From: Trichoplax adhaerens
Lineage: Eukaryota > Animalia > Placozoa
Direction: 5' to 3'
Assembly (NCBI RefSeq): GCF_000150275.1
Contig: NW_002060946.1
Location: 2,871,454 to 2,935,453, forward strand
DNA length: 64,000 bases
The notes below the pieces were generated by a model. The model was not told the origin of the DNA, made no database searches, and saw only the letters and a program-made list of their open reading frames with translations. This document shows positions 41,414 to 53,368 of this stretch, piece after piece (positions within the stretch are counted from its first letter, which is position 1; the number at the start of each line of letters is the position of its first letter). A program made the position numbers and the translations under genes.

Positions 41414-43396
41414 GCGCACCATGTATTCTGGCAATATATTAACGTGTTAAGGAAATAGAGATCTTATCTGTTGTAGTAATTACTAGAATACAATATCCCA
41501 ACCTTAACATTTTTAAACAATAATTTCTAACGAAAGCGTTTCGCCCAGATGATTGCTTCTTGTCATGGGTATATTACTTAAATCTAGATTTAATTTTTTA
41601 TATTAAATTGAGCAGTTAATATTTTATGACTATGAATACTTGAGGAAGTAATAAAAGGTGTGATTGTATTTTAAGCCTAATTTTAGGACGAATCTATCTA
41701 AAATCAAAGGGCATGTAATATATTGATACTAAGAAAATTACTACTACTAGTGTACATGTCACGTACACACCCCATTTTCGTATAACTAGCACTGTATCCG
41801 TTCCATGAATGGGGAAAAATTATACTGCTACAATTACAGCAGATTTATTTCCTTTATGGTTATGGACGTATGTTGGAGTGAAAAGTTATTATGAACGTAC
41901 ACAATTTATATAACCTCTCGAGTTCGTTATTCACTGTTATTTCTTTTCACGATATCAGCTACCAATGTCTGTAGTAGTTAATGATAAAACATTTTTTCAA
42001 CTCTACTGTATCTTATGCCATTTGGTTGTAGCACTCAATAAGGACCGATAGTCTCTGTATTCAACCAAGCTAAATATTACCTTGCCATTAGATTTTTACG
42101 AAATTATTATTATTATACAAGTTTTTACTACATCAGCTGCTCCAGTAAATATCTATAGCTACTGATGATATAAAACAAATCCCCAATAAATCAAGTATGC
42201 GCATAATCTACTATTTAATTATATGAAAAAAGTAGGTGGATGTGTTCATTATAATTTAATAGTTTATTCGTTTTGTTTTACAGTTAGTATCCTGAAGTCT
42301 AGTAATAAATTATCAATTGACTATCGTTTTCGTTTATCGAATGTACTTCACGCTGATATGAATAAATTGTAGACTCCTGTATCTGCTATATAGCAATTCT
42401 TTCTTAGTGTCTCAAATTTGAAATAAATGGCTTGAAGCAGATATTCACGAGTATGCCATCCTACGCGTAAATATGTTATTGCAATGATTTTGACCCTGTT
42501 TTGGTGGTCCTGTGCGCCTCGCCGGTGTGATACATGTACACGGAAATAACATTAGTGTGGTATAGTTAAACGCATTAGTATTACACATTTACGTTTAATA
42601 TGTATTAGCCTAGTTACGAGAAAGCTTAGAATGACATGTAGCTTGAACTAGGTAATAATCTTAGAAAAGAATTTTTTATTAGATCATAATTTCATCTATT
42701 AGTTAATTGTAATATTGTAGTAGCTTAAAAAGTGGATGAACGTTTAAAATACGATATACTGTGCATTTCTAACGGCTAAATTACGAGTATGATTTCTATC
42801 GAGCAGATAACTTTTGCTTCTATCTGTTGAAACGTTAAATGTCTCTCTCTCCGATGTGATCTACTATTGATACGTTAGTATGAATCTCATTAATACGCAT
42901 AGTATGATGAACCTTTATTGCCATTAATACGCTAAAATTTTTGATTCAGTTCTGGTGACACAGCAAACGACAATAAAAGCAAGTGGTAAATAGCCGTAGC
43001 CCTATAACATAACACTATACATGGTATTAGATCACATATAATTAACAAAATGTGGTTGATGTGATGGTGAATGAAATCAGTAACGTAACAAAGTTATCAT
43101 AAAATTGCTATCTGTCATAACTACTAAGAACGCGACATTCACGTTCGGATATATGCTGGTCATGAAAGCTGATTGATTGTAACCTGTGACCAATGAAGTA
43201 TTGTCAATATAATAGTACAAGAAAACCTAACATTTAATATAAGCAAAACTGACAAGGATTTAATTATTGAAACAAGTAATTGTTTTATACATTCGGTCGA
43301 AGAATAGTTTACGATCGGAAAGTGGCTATAACAGTTATTAGTTACACTTTTTCTGTTACTTCCTTTCTTGCTTGATTACTATCGAGGACCTATCAG

Positions 43397-46300
43397 TTAG
43401 CTTTTCACACCCTCGCTAAAAGCATATAGTCGTGTCCATGTCTTGGCTATGATTTTAAAGTAGCAAGTTAGTAGCGATTTCGAGTATACGCGAAAGCAGT
43501 ACAAAATACACCGATATTGTAATTGCGGTAAAACTAGTACAGGGTAATAGCAGTTATGATAATTGAAAATCATACCAAGCCGTAATGTAATCGTCAAAGA
43601 AATTACTTTCTACAATTATAGAGTACTAGAGTTACTGTAATTTATTATGATATCAAATTAGAAGCAGCAAAGATAGCACTAAAACAAATCGTAATAAGCT
43701 CCAAAAGACCTTACCAGTTTCGATGGCACGCACTTCGTCCGATTTCCATAACTCTGCTACATCGTTGGCTAGAGGATCATCAGGGTTTGGAGCACTAAGT
43801 AAAGCCTGAATTGATAGCAACACGGTACGAATTTGTAATGCTGGACTCCATTTATCTGTTTGAAAATGCAAGAATGGTAACTTTATGCAAATGGATATGT
43901 TTTTAAAAGATAAAAAATTAAAGCTATAAGATTTATAACATACTACGTTACTACAGTTGCACCACGAACGTACTGGAAATTAATCATAGACATTGCGAAG
44001 ATTTTTGAAGTTCCATTTAACTTTAAAAATGTAATCATTAACTACCATGCATAGCTTGCTCTAGGGTCTAAGATTTGGACATATATATTTTTGTCTATTT
44101 TATGCATTGAAGATACTTTAATAGATAATATGTAATTCTATTATACGACATATCTCAGATACGTTTAACAAGTCAAGACGAAATAACAATAATGGTGAAA
44201 TCCTGTTGTTCATTGGTAAAATCATCGAAGCCTTACCTTTCAAAATATCTAAGCATATACGGCCTAATTTGTCAATATTAGGATGATAAATTCTGGTTAC
44301 AAATCGGACTTTTGGTGCAGCCATAGGGTAATCTTCTGGTAGAAAAAGTTCTAACTTGAAACATCCTCCTTCAAAGGGTGACTATAGTAATACAAATATA
44401 ATAGTTCGCTGATCAAAACTATGAAGATTTTTATTTGCATGAGAGCGGCCATTTGTTTAAGCAAATTTCGTGTAAAGACTAGAACTGGCAGCTATAAATT
44501 CGTTGCGGTAGTTAATACTGTAAGGTGATTTAATAATTCTTTGTTTGCATAGTTATGACCTATTGTAGTCAAATCCTCAGTACCTGAAAGATTGATCTAC
44601 TGTAGTTTATAAACTCATTTCTTTAGACTGCTTAAAGCTTCTATATTAAAATATTGCTATAGAAATTTCATCGATTTATTAAATCGTTTGCCCTACATCT
44701 TTTGGACCGTTCACTTCAACGTGAAAGTATCGGGCATTTTGCTCATCAGGAAGAGCTTTAATTCCAGGAACAGGTTCATTAAGCAACCTTTCAGTTTCCT
44801 ATTTATATTTCGGAAGTAATTCAATGATAATATTAGTTTTCCTAATGGAACAAAGTCCTACATAGAAGATTCTATCATGTGAAAGTCAGTTTAATTGTTG
44901 CATTGGCGAGAAACAATGCATCGATGCAAATTATATTAATATGCTTACATTTAAAATATTGAAAATTAATAAGAAAATGAAAGAGGTATTTCAATCAGCA
45001 CATCTAATTAAGAATTAATTCTGTATTTTACCCATTTCTATTTAAATATCAGTAAAATAACAAGTTATATAAAGTACTGTACAGTATTGCAAATAAAAAA
45101 AGTAAAAATCTTTCCATCTGTGTGCTGCAAAAATGTGATCGGCGTCCATTCAAGACTGCTGTAGTACACGCTCGTCTGGATAACAACAACAAAAATAGCC
45201 CAATTTTGATTCATACATTGTGCTCATAATTAATTTATTATACGCGTATTATTATTTATTCATGATCATTTCGTGCGTGATGATAATCGTGTAAAATTGC
45301 TATAGACTGTGAAGTAGTACCAATCAATCATCGCCTGATGATATTTGAATTTAGAGTTGGGCACCATCGAGGTAAAGGAAGAAAATTGTTTTTTTCTTCC
45401 ATTTTACCTCGATTTACTATCCAGTTCGTTATCGTGCATCGCGCAGGAAATCTGCTTACTGTAACATAGACCAGGCTTACTGAACGATACGGTACTGTAC
45501 GGTACCTGGTAACAGGCGCTAGACCGTTGGCAATATGGTACTTGGAGTACAGTACAATACTGTAGCAGAGACTCTGTACGACTGTACTCTACTGTACACT
45601 GTACAGTACAGTACTGTATCTACTGTACTTTGTGGACTGGTACAGCACGGAATGGAAAGTCATCGAGCAACAAACTCACATACAAGTTTGCGAAATTTTC
45701 AAATATTAACAAGTTGCGACCTATTTCCGTACTAGATTTTTCAATTGGTTATAATAATTGACAGTCCATGCTTATAATACTATTGACAGTATACATATCT
45801 ACAGGATAAGCATAAAATGTAACATTCATTACCAACGAATGAGTGGAGTGCACACAGTAGAGTAGGTGCAATTGTACATGGATCGGTGTGATAGATCAAT
45901 CTAGCAATCTTGACTGAAACATGAACAGTATAATAGTTCAGTAAGCAATCCCCCAAAAACTTCATCATGGCTATTACACGAGAGCCTGAATAATAATACT
46001 TATTGCGCTATAAACTTGAGCAAATCTCTAAATCTGCAGATGATAGAATTTACAAATCATAAGACAACAATTTTAGCTCATTTGTTTGTATCTTATAGAA
46101 AGATATTTGGAATAACAGCCAACATATCATAAGACAACAATTTTAGCTCATTTGTTTGCATCTTATAGAAAAATATTTGGAATAACAGCCAACATTTTAT
46201 AGACAATGTTATTGTAAATTTTACAACCGTAGTACGATAGTTCAAAAAGGAAGTGTAATTTTTAGCAGACTACGTATTAAGTGCATACTATAGAAACGTT

Positions 46301-47866
46301 AGCGGTCGCATCCATAAACGTCGCTTACGATTATTATAGAATTCATTTGAACGTGTTGAGTAGTACACTTCAGGATGTGTCGTAGAATTATTCAAAAATG
46401 TTTTCAACCTTTAATACAGTATATTCCAGGATTATTTCAAGTAGACGACACTGAAGTGGCATACCTTATCGCACAGGTATTCATTGTACCGTTAGTTATA
46501 CGTGTAAAAGGAGAGAATTTTATCGCGTTGAACTAGCATTGTAATTAAAATTTCGTGGCTGCAAAATTAGGCTCATAAAATGTAATTGTACTCTTGAAGA
46601 ATAAATAGACATGATGGAAGATTTGCGGTTTGGATAGAAATTTGAAAGATAAAATTGTTGATGTACAGTATACTGAGATTTATGTTAATGTCAATCCAAT
46701 AGAGATTACCATAATGCGTAATAGATCTTTCTTCGATAAAAGATTAAGCGGTCATTTTCACTTAGGCAGAGAAACAAAGCACCACCATAACAATCGTCAA
46801 TAAAATAGCAGCGTACTACAGAATGCTAAAAAGTTTACGGCGAAAGTGTCTAATACTACTACAGTACAGCAATTACCTTCATACATCAGCTTGCATTATC
46901 AAGCGTCTGCAGTGAAGATAAGCATTTCTTCTGCCGATTCGCATCATAGTATAAAAATCGTAACATCTTGGCAAGCAAGATCCATTCTATAGGCGGACTA
47001 ATACAGTTTGATATGAGAGACGCAGTCACATCATTCAAATAAATTTATTATAAATGGGTATGCTTTGAATAGCAAAGGATGATGTGTAAATTAGTGTCTT
47101 TAAAGTTCAGACACGTTCCGTAATCATTCCTCGAATCTCTAAGGCACCTTTGCACTTCCGTTCTTAGTGACAAGTGTACTGCAGTCGTACGATGATGGAT
47201 GGACTATTATTCCAGTTGACAGAAAGGTAAAGAATCACAGATTTGAGCACAAAACCGTAGTCGATAAATATGGAGCTCAACATAATTATCCAAGATAGAA
47301 TAGAGAGATGTTAATACTGTACATTCCATGAATGAGTACTCGTAATGAATTAAAATACGTAATTACGTTATCATCTAACCTCAACTTATCAAGACTATCA
47401 TAGCGTGGCTAAGGGGTAGAAGGAAAGACCCTTAAGTTAACCGTGATAATCGCGTACTTTAGTCAAGGTTATACCATACAATTGGTGGAGTTTGGAGACA
47501 GTTGAGGTAAATTATTATTTACAACAACGAGTTGTAGACCATCGAAGTAAAAGAAAAAGCTTTTTTTTTCTTTTACCTCGACGGTATGTTGTAGACTACC
47601 AACGTCAACGGGATCACTAGGCTAAAACGCTAGCCCACAGTGCAGTCAAGACTAGTCAAGACATTGGAGCAAACGCAACATTGGACACCGAGTCAAGCGA
47701 AAGTACTGTAGGTCTACAATTATTACCGCATGTATATCCGCAAAAAAAGGAAAGAAATATTCAATGGTGGTTGTCATTTTGTAAAATTTTAGGTAGGTAT
47801 GGTCGTTTACAGGTTGTATAGCACACTACTTACCTTTAAGATCCTTCTTGGTAGTCTACCTGCCAT
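43397..47866 (-). CDS. UBE2N: Ubiquitin-conjugating enzyme E2 N (Ubc13)
   Basis: Exons 47834-47866 ([11 protein letters not shown]), 44697-44798 ([20 protein letters not shown]), 44237-44381 ([32 protein letters not shown]), 43715-43855 ([31 protein letters not shown]), 43397-43446 (WTRLYA..*). Confidence 0.97.
45366..45413. repeat. Hairpin repeat copy 1 in UBE2N intron 1
   Basis: ATCGAGGTAAA-GGAAGAAAA-..-TTTTCTTCC-AT-TTTACCTCGAT. Confidence 0.7.
45490..45643. repeat. Degenerate ACAGT/ACTGT pentamer tract
   Basis: Dense TACAG/CTGTA units in both orientations, e.g. ACTGTACAGTACAGTACTGTA. Confidence 0.75.
46056..46195. repeat. Near-perfect 70-bp tandem duplication in UBE2N intron 1
   Basis: ATCATAAGACAACAATTTTAGCTC...AATAACAGCCAACAT twice, 2 mismatches. 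Confidence 0.92.
47538..47585. repeat. Hairpin repeat copy 2 in UBE2N intron 1
   Basis: ACCATCGAAGTAAAAGAAAAAGCTTTTTTTTTCTTTTACCTCGACGGT, similar to 45366-45413. Confidence 0.68.
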
Positions 47867-48026
47867 CTTTTCGATTGGAAAAGTCTAACTAGTCGGGTAA
47901 ATGACTGGGTCCTCCTCACTCCTCAGACGGCAAAGTCAAAAGTACTACTACAGTAACAGTTACAGCCATGGACATGAGAATAGAAATTCTCTTGGAAGCC
48001 GCTGATCTACCGTACGAACTTCACCA

Positions 48027-48218
48027 GTACAGTACTTTTTCAAGTCATCTTCAGTTTGCTGTACTGTACACTGTGCAGGATGTACAGTACAGTACAGTAC
48101 TGACAGTAGGGTTAAAAACTACAGTACAGAAGAACGTGAAACCAATAGAAACTGTACTTACTCCAGTCACGTACGGATACAGTACTACAGTATACAGTGT
48201 ACACTAGACTGAACTGTC
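48027..48218. repeat. ACAGT/ACTGT pentamer tract immediately upstream of UBE2N
   Basis: e.g. TGTACAGTACAGTACAGTACTGACAGT, TACAGTACTACAGTATACAGTGTACA. Confidence 0.75.
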
Positions 48219-48521
48219 AGAGTTGTCAGCGCTAAATGAATTCATTTATTAATGGCTTCTTGAGCGCAGTTCCCAATTGCTTGCAATACTCGTTGTCAGT
48301 CTTATGCATTGGAAGAAAAACTAAGTGATACTACTGTATTTTGATTACAACGCTGTACAAGATTGAGGATTAGACCTGAGAAAGGTTTGGTTCGGTTCAA
48401 ACCGTTATGATCTACTGTAGAATGAGGATTGAACTGCTTGTACGGCAATATAGATTTAGTATGACATTTCATATAAAACCTGTAGATTGTAACTGATGTT
48501 CATTTAGCACTGAGTAATGTG

Positions 48522-48700
48522 ACTACAGTGTACAGTACAGTGTACAGTATGCCTGCGGCAGTCTGCCGCCAAAAATACTGTAGTACTACAGTACAAAATT
48601 TTACAATGTTTATACTGTAGTTTATAGCAGTAACTTTATACTGTGTACTGTACTGTACTGTACAGTACAGTACTTTTACTACAGTACTCAGGCAATATAC
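48522..48700. repeat. ACAGT/ACTGT pentamer tract with a central inversion
   Basis: GTACTGTACTGTACTGTACAGTACAGTAC at ~48646-48673; CTACAGTGTACAGTACAGTGTACAGT at ~48523. Confidence 0.78.
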
Positions 48701-50022
48701 AGTACGCATATGTACTCTTACATCACGTGGTTGATGCACTTACGTCAATTATTTTTGACTCTCAGCTCTCAGTAGTTCTCCATTCTCTCAGGTTTTCAAT
48801 TCTTAGATCGCTGCTATGTTGTTGCTACATTCCTTACCATCTCGCTTAGAGCATCCAATGATTAAAATACTCCAAATGCTGGTGTATGTATTGTAGAAGA
48901 ACCTCCTTGTGCTTATTACTGATTCAGCAATCAATATACTGTATGACCTACTATACGCGTACACTGCAGCGTACAAAGCAGCATAGAAGTTTCCCCTAGC
49001 TGAGTGAGCAAACTCATATACAGTAGTAATAGTAGCAAGAAAACGAGCAACACTATTTACACACTGTATCCAAAGGCAATTGCCTGATTATTGCAATTAT
49101 AAAATAGCTTTTTAATATACATTAATTATTCGTAAGGCAATGGAATAATGTGTTTTCAAGTCAGTCCATATTTTGAGAGGATCGAGCCGATTCTTACCAA
49201 CTGCTAATTCTTCAGCTACAATGCTATTAGCGATAGTATTGAGTAGATACACATTCAGTTATATGTCATAGTATAAATTAATCTTGATGATTTAAAAAAG
49301 CTGATAAATTATAATTTATGATCGAACGCGCCACCCCTTCACTCTTTGAGTACAAAATTCGTATAGTCGAATACCAAATCTTATTAAGGGTTACCTCAAG
49401 AAAATAAATAAACTATATAAAGCATTGCGGTAAAAAATAGCATACGAGTACTATCGTAACATCAATTCAAGATATCGAGAAGATTATTAATATATACGCG
49501 TATATCTTAACAGTACTAATGAACTCGGTTTGAGATCAAATATTTAGTCAATAAGATGTACAACTACCACCTTTTACTTGCAAAAGCATGTAAGAGCCAT
49601 TTTACTACAATAAAATACTCGTATATTACTATATCTACATAAATAGTTATGCTAGTTGCGCAAAACGTCAAGCTGATATCCAAGCTTGTGCTTTCAATGC
49701 ATTTACTCCTGTAATAGGAAAATAATTTTATAATAATGTATAGCTACGAACAATTGATTTCATATCAAATTTTCCGTCGTACGTCGTATACCTTAAAGAT
49801 ATACTAAATGTAATGGTATAATTTATAACAGTTTAAGAGAGAAAGCTAAATGTGCGATAGGTTAAATTAAATTCATGAATATAGGATAAAGTATATATTG
49901 CGGTATACAGAATATATATACCCGTATACAAGTATATACGTACAGTACCTATTTTTACAAATATAAGACCACCAAAAGTTCAAAACTCGAGTACTGACAA
50001 ATACACTACTAATAGAAAAATC

Positions 50023-52212
50023 TTAACGTCGCAAAAACTTCCAGAGCGAGCGTATAATACTTCTTTTTGATCTATCTTGTAATAAAGTGTTAACCCGGCC
50101 AATTTCATTCGCTTTTCTCTTTATGTAAGATTGAGTATCCTCTTGCATTTGCTTTAAAAAATCTTCTCGACTCTCATTTATAGCAACCTGCCTCGACAGT
50201 GGTGGATTAAAACGGTAATAGGCTCCAGCTGGGAGTATATCTTTTAAAACGTTATGAATTTCTAATCCAGATCGACCATGTAAATAAAATCCATATTACA
50301 GAATTACTTTAATGACTTCTTTTATCGATAAATTTAAAATGAAAATATCTTACTTAGAGTATCCGTAGCTGAGTCGATAATTATTTTAAACTTATTACTT
50401 AGCGAACCATCAAATTTGACTTCTTGATCGGAAGAGGGACAATAATAGCCGGTACCAAGTGAGACCAAACATTTAATGGGAGTATCTGGCCATAATAACT
50501 TGCACTCATGTAGTGCAACTGCAGCAGGGTTATTTGATACTAGGCCACCATCCTAATTAGTATACAAATCATTATATTGTTATCTTCAGAGTATAAGAAA
50601 TACAGTAAAGGATGACTCTCATATCTCGATTTAATCATCTTAATCTTAACAATAAGTTCGTTTAATACCAAGAATACGTTATTGCCAATTTTATATTCTT
50701 GAAAATAGCCAGGAGCAGCCGCCGAGGCGCGCACAGCTTCCCACGGACGAACATTATAAGTACCAGGATAATATGGTATTGCAGTTTGTTTATGGCAATA
50801 ATTTCGGAAAACGAATGGAACCGGTCGAGGCCCACTAACATGTGTGGCAATTGCAGCAACCTTTACGCAGGTTATCAAATTGAGGAAAAGATATTACGGT
50901 ACGAATACAAATTAGAATATTTTGATTAGTGACCAAACTGACGTCAAAAGCTAAGAATTAATGTTATGTTAGCGCTTTATTACTTTTGGCGTATTTGGAA
51001 TAGATATTGTTTGGATCAGCTGGTGCTTGAAGCCCATTTTTTCTCTATGTGTATATAAAGATGAAATTATTAGCAGTATCTGCCTGTTGACATGTTAATC
51101 AAGCATATTTTCGTAATTTAGTGCAATGATTGAAATCTAAAATAATCTTATGCATAAAAGTATAGTGTACAGATTTTGATACTTGAAGCAATGTACAATG
51201 TTAACACTGAATAACTGATTTGCCAAGAATACTAGTAGTAGTTTACGCATACAGTTATTGATTAATTACTAATTCCACAACACATTCAAAGTATTAGCTC
51301 AGAATTGCAATATTTACAGGTAAGTAACTGATAGCATCGAGCGTTACTAAACATAATTATTATTATTTATGTATTTATAATATTTATTTCTTTCTTAATA
51401 TAATCTACTACAATACAAGAGGTTGTCAATTTACTTCATAGCCTTTTCTAGAATATCGGTATCATAATAGGATTGATTTAAAAACAGCATGCTAGTCCCA
51501 AAGACTAAATTTCTTTTAAAGATAGCCTTGCTTAAGTTTTTATAGTCATTTTCACAACTCGACGCGCTCTGATGAACCAAGCCAAGCAAAAAAGATATTA
51601 CAGCACCCGTGCTAGTTCCACAGATGTAGTCAAACAATTGATAAGCAGGCTTGCCACATTCAGCTTCAATCTTTTTCAAAATATCGATCGCAACTAAGCC
51701 TCTATTGCAATGTAAACAGGTTTAACTATGTCAGAGGTATAATCAATGAATAATATACGGATACAAAGTATAATATTATAAAATTGCGTAATTTACTTGC
51801 ACTACTTTTGTAATGTTTCTTAATTTAGCAAAAGTGATACTGAAATAGTGCACTTCAATACAACTACGAATTACCTCATTCCTCCTCCATCAATTGCCAG
51901 TATTTTAATACCATCACGATGGGTACTGTCAGGTGCACCAATTAGCATCAAAGATAGTCTTAGATGCCCGAGTAAAGGAGGATCGATAAATTTAGATTCT
52001 GCTGTTTTCAGAAAGGTAAACAAGGTTTTATCCTTTCGAGCCAACTGTAGGGTCCATGGATCATGCAATAGTAGCTCATTCAAAATCTCACATGACAACA
52101 GTAATGATTTAACACCCTTAGAGCGATACAGATCCTTGGTAACGTGCAGTAGTTTGTCCTCACTTATGGAATGATGAAGGCCAGTTTTTTCCTGATCAGT
52201 TCTTAGGCTCAT
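50023..52212 (-). CDS. PNPLA8: Calcium-independent phospholipase A2-gamma-like patatin phospholipase; 5' end uncertain
   Basis: Exons 51875-52212(+), 51435-51701, 50984-51044, 50669-50860, 50354-50552, 50023-50261. Motifs GIKILAIDGGGMRG, LFDYICGTSTG (catalytic Ser), PFVFRNY, WEAVRASAAAPGYF, DGGLVSNNP (catalytic Asp), LVSLGTG, YYRFNP. The ATG at 52212 is the first in-frame Met; upstream exons could not be resolved. Confidence 0.88.
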
Positions 52213-53368
52213 GGTGCTTCGATTTAGGATATATAGCACTATACAATAGGTTGTTACCTAAATAAATAATAATTTCATAAGATATTCATAAACAGACTAA
52301 AGCTATCCACTACTTTGAATAATTATAATAGTACAAGCTGATACAACATCATGTTGGCGTATGCATGCATATATCTCATCTATTGGCAATACGTATCTAA
52401 AAGAAATCTCTATTGCTTAATGACAGAGTTTTTACAGCAAATAATGCTGCCACTTTCTACATTGCTCTAATTCTATGAAATCACTCATTAAGTAATTACA
52501 AATAGGACTCATCGTCTGATAATTTCTATAAATTGATATTTAATACGTTGAGATTAAGTCATATCTATTGTAGATACTTGTCCTTTTATAAATTGCATAT
52601 AATGTACACAAATACAATCTGCATATGCAGTAAGCTATGGATTACTAAATTCTATGGTGCAGCGATCCATCAGCAAATACGAATCTTGTAGCTACCAGAT
52701 GTGCAAGTTATGAAGGACGCAAAAATTACTAACAAGAGTTGCTACCTGATTTCTTCTTGGGCATAAAATCTCCTCGATATCTTAGTGCAGAAGATGAGGT
52801 CATATTCTTGAGGATTTAATTGCTAACTATTAGTGCGTACGTCTACAGACCAGCTACACTACCTGACTTGAACTGCAAAGTTTCTTTTTATTTTGCAAAT
52901 CTAGGCAGATCACTTTGTGGACGTCCAACAACGCTGATAATTCCTGTGTTTCGTCTTACCAATTTTAATTATTGACTGACCAAGGTAGCAAGTTTATTCT
53001 ACAATCGTTCATCATGCACTAGTTTAGAGTAGCTAATTTAAAAATATAAATTGTTGGATTGATAAAATTAAGATGAGATTGGGTGGAATGTACAATAGTA
53101 GTTAGTAGTTACCATGTTTACCATGAAAATATGAGGATTTCGTATCAGAGCACCTAGTGACAAGTAGAAAGTAGGCTGCGCTGCGTCTTTGCAGTGTAGC
53201 TATAGTATCTTAGATACCATACCAGTATACTCATAGCGATTACATCATCATGAATGCAGGGTACAAGGACTGTAGCAGTACCGTAATACTAGACGAAACC
53301 CTAGGAAGTCGTTGCAGAACAGGATTGGATCGAGGTCGCGGGATACTATCCTTCTCCATTTTACCAAG
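52213..53368. promoter_or_regulatory. Head-to-head (probably bidirectional) promoter/5'UTR region of PNPLA8 and SHQ1
   Basis: The two CDSs diverge ~1.15 kb apart; GC/CpG-richer patch at ~53170-53345. Confidence 0.5.

Noticed and set aside
46877-46986. Possible 110-nt poison exon in UBE2N intron 1
   Set aside because: Weak acceptor and no independent support from sequence alone.
45535-48849. ORFs 45535-45735, 47968-48207, 48500-48739 and 48643-48849 rich in Y/S/T/V/C
   Set aside because: They are translations of the ACAGT/ACTGT repeat tracts, not proteins.
50662-52174. Antisense and alternative-frame ORFs over PNPLA8 exons, and similar ones over RBM5/10 exons
   Set aside because: Shadows of real coding exons.
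53296-53303. AAACCCTA telo-box-like motif upstream of SHQ1
   Set aside because: The telo-box is a plant regulatory element, and the same 8-mer also occurs at ~22721 with no promoter context.
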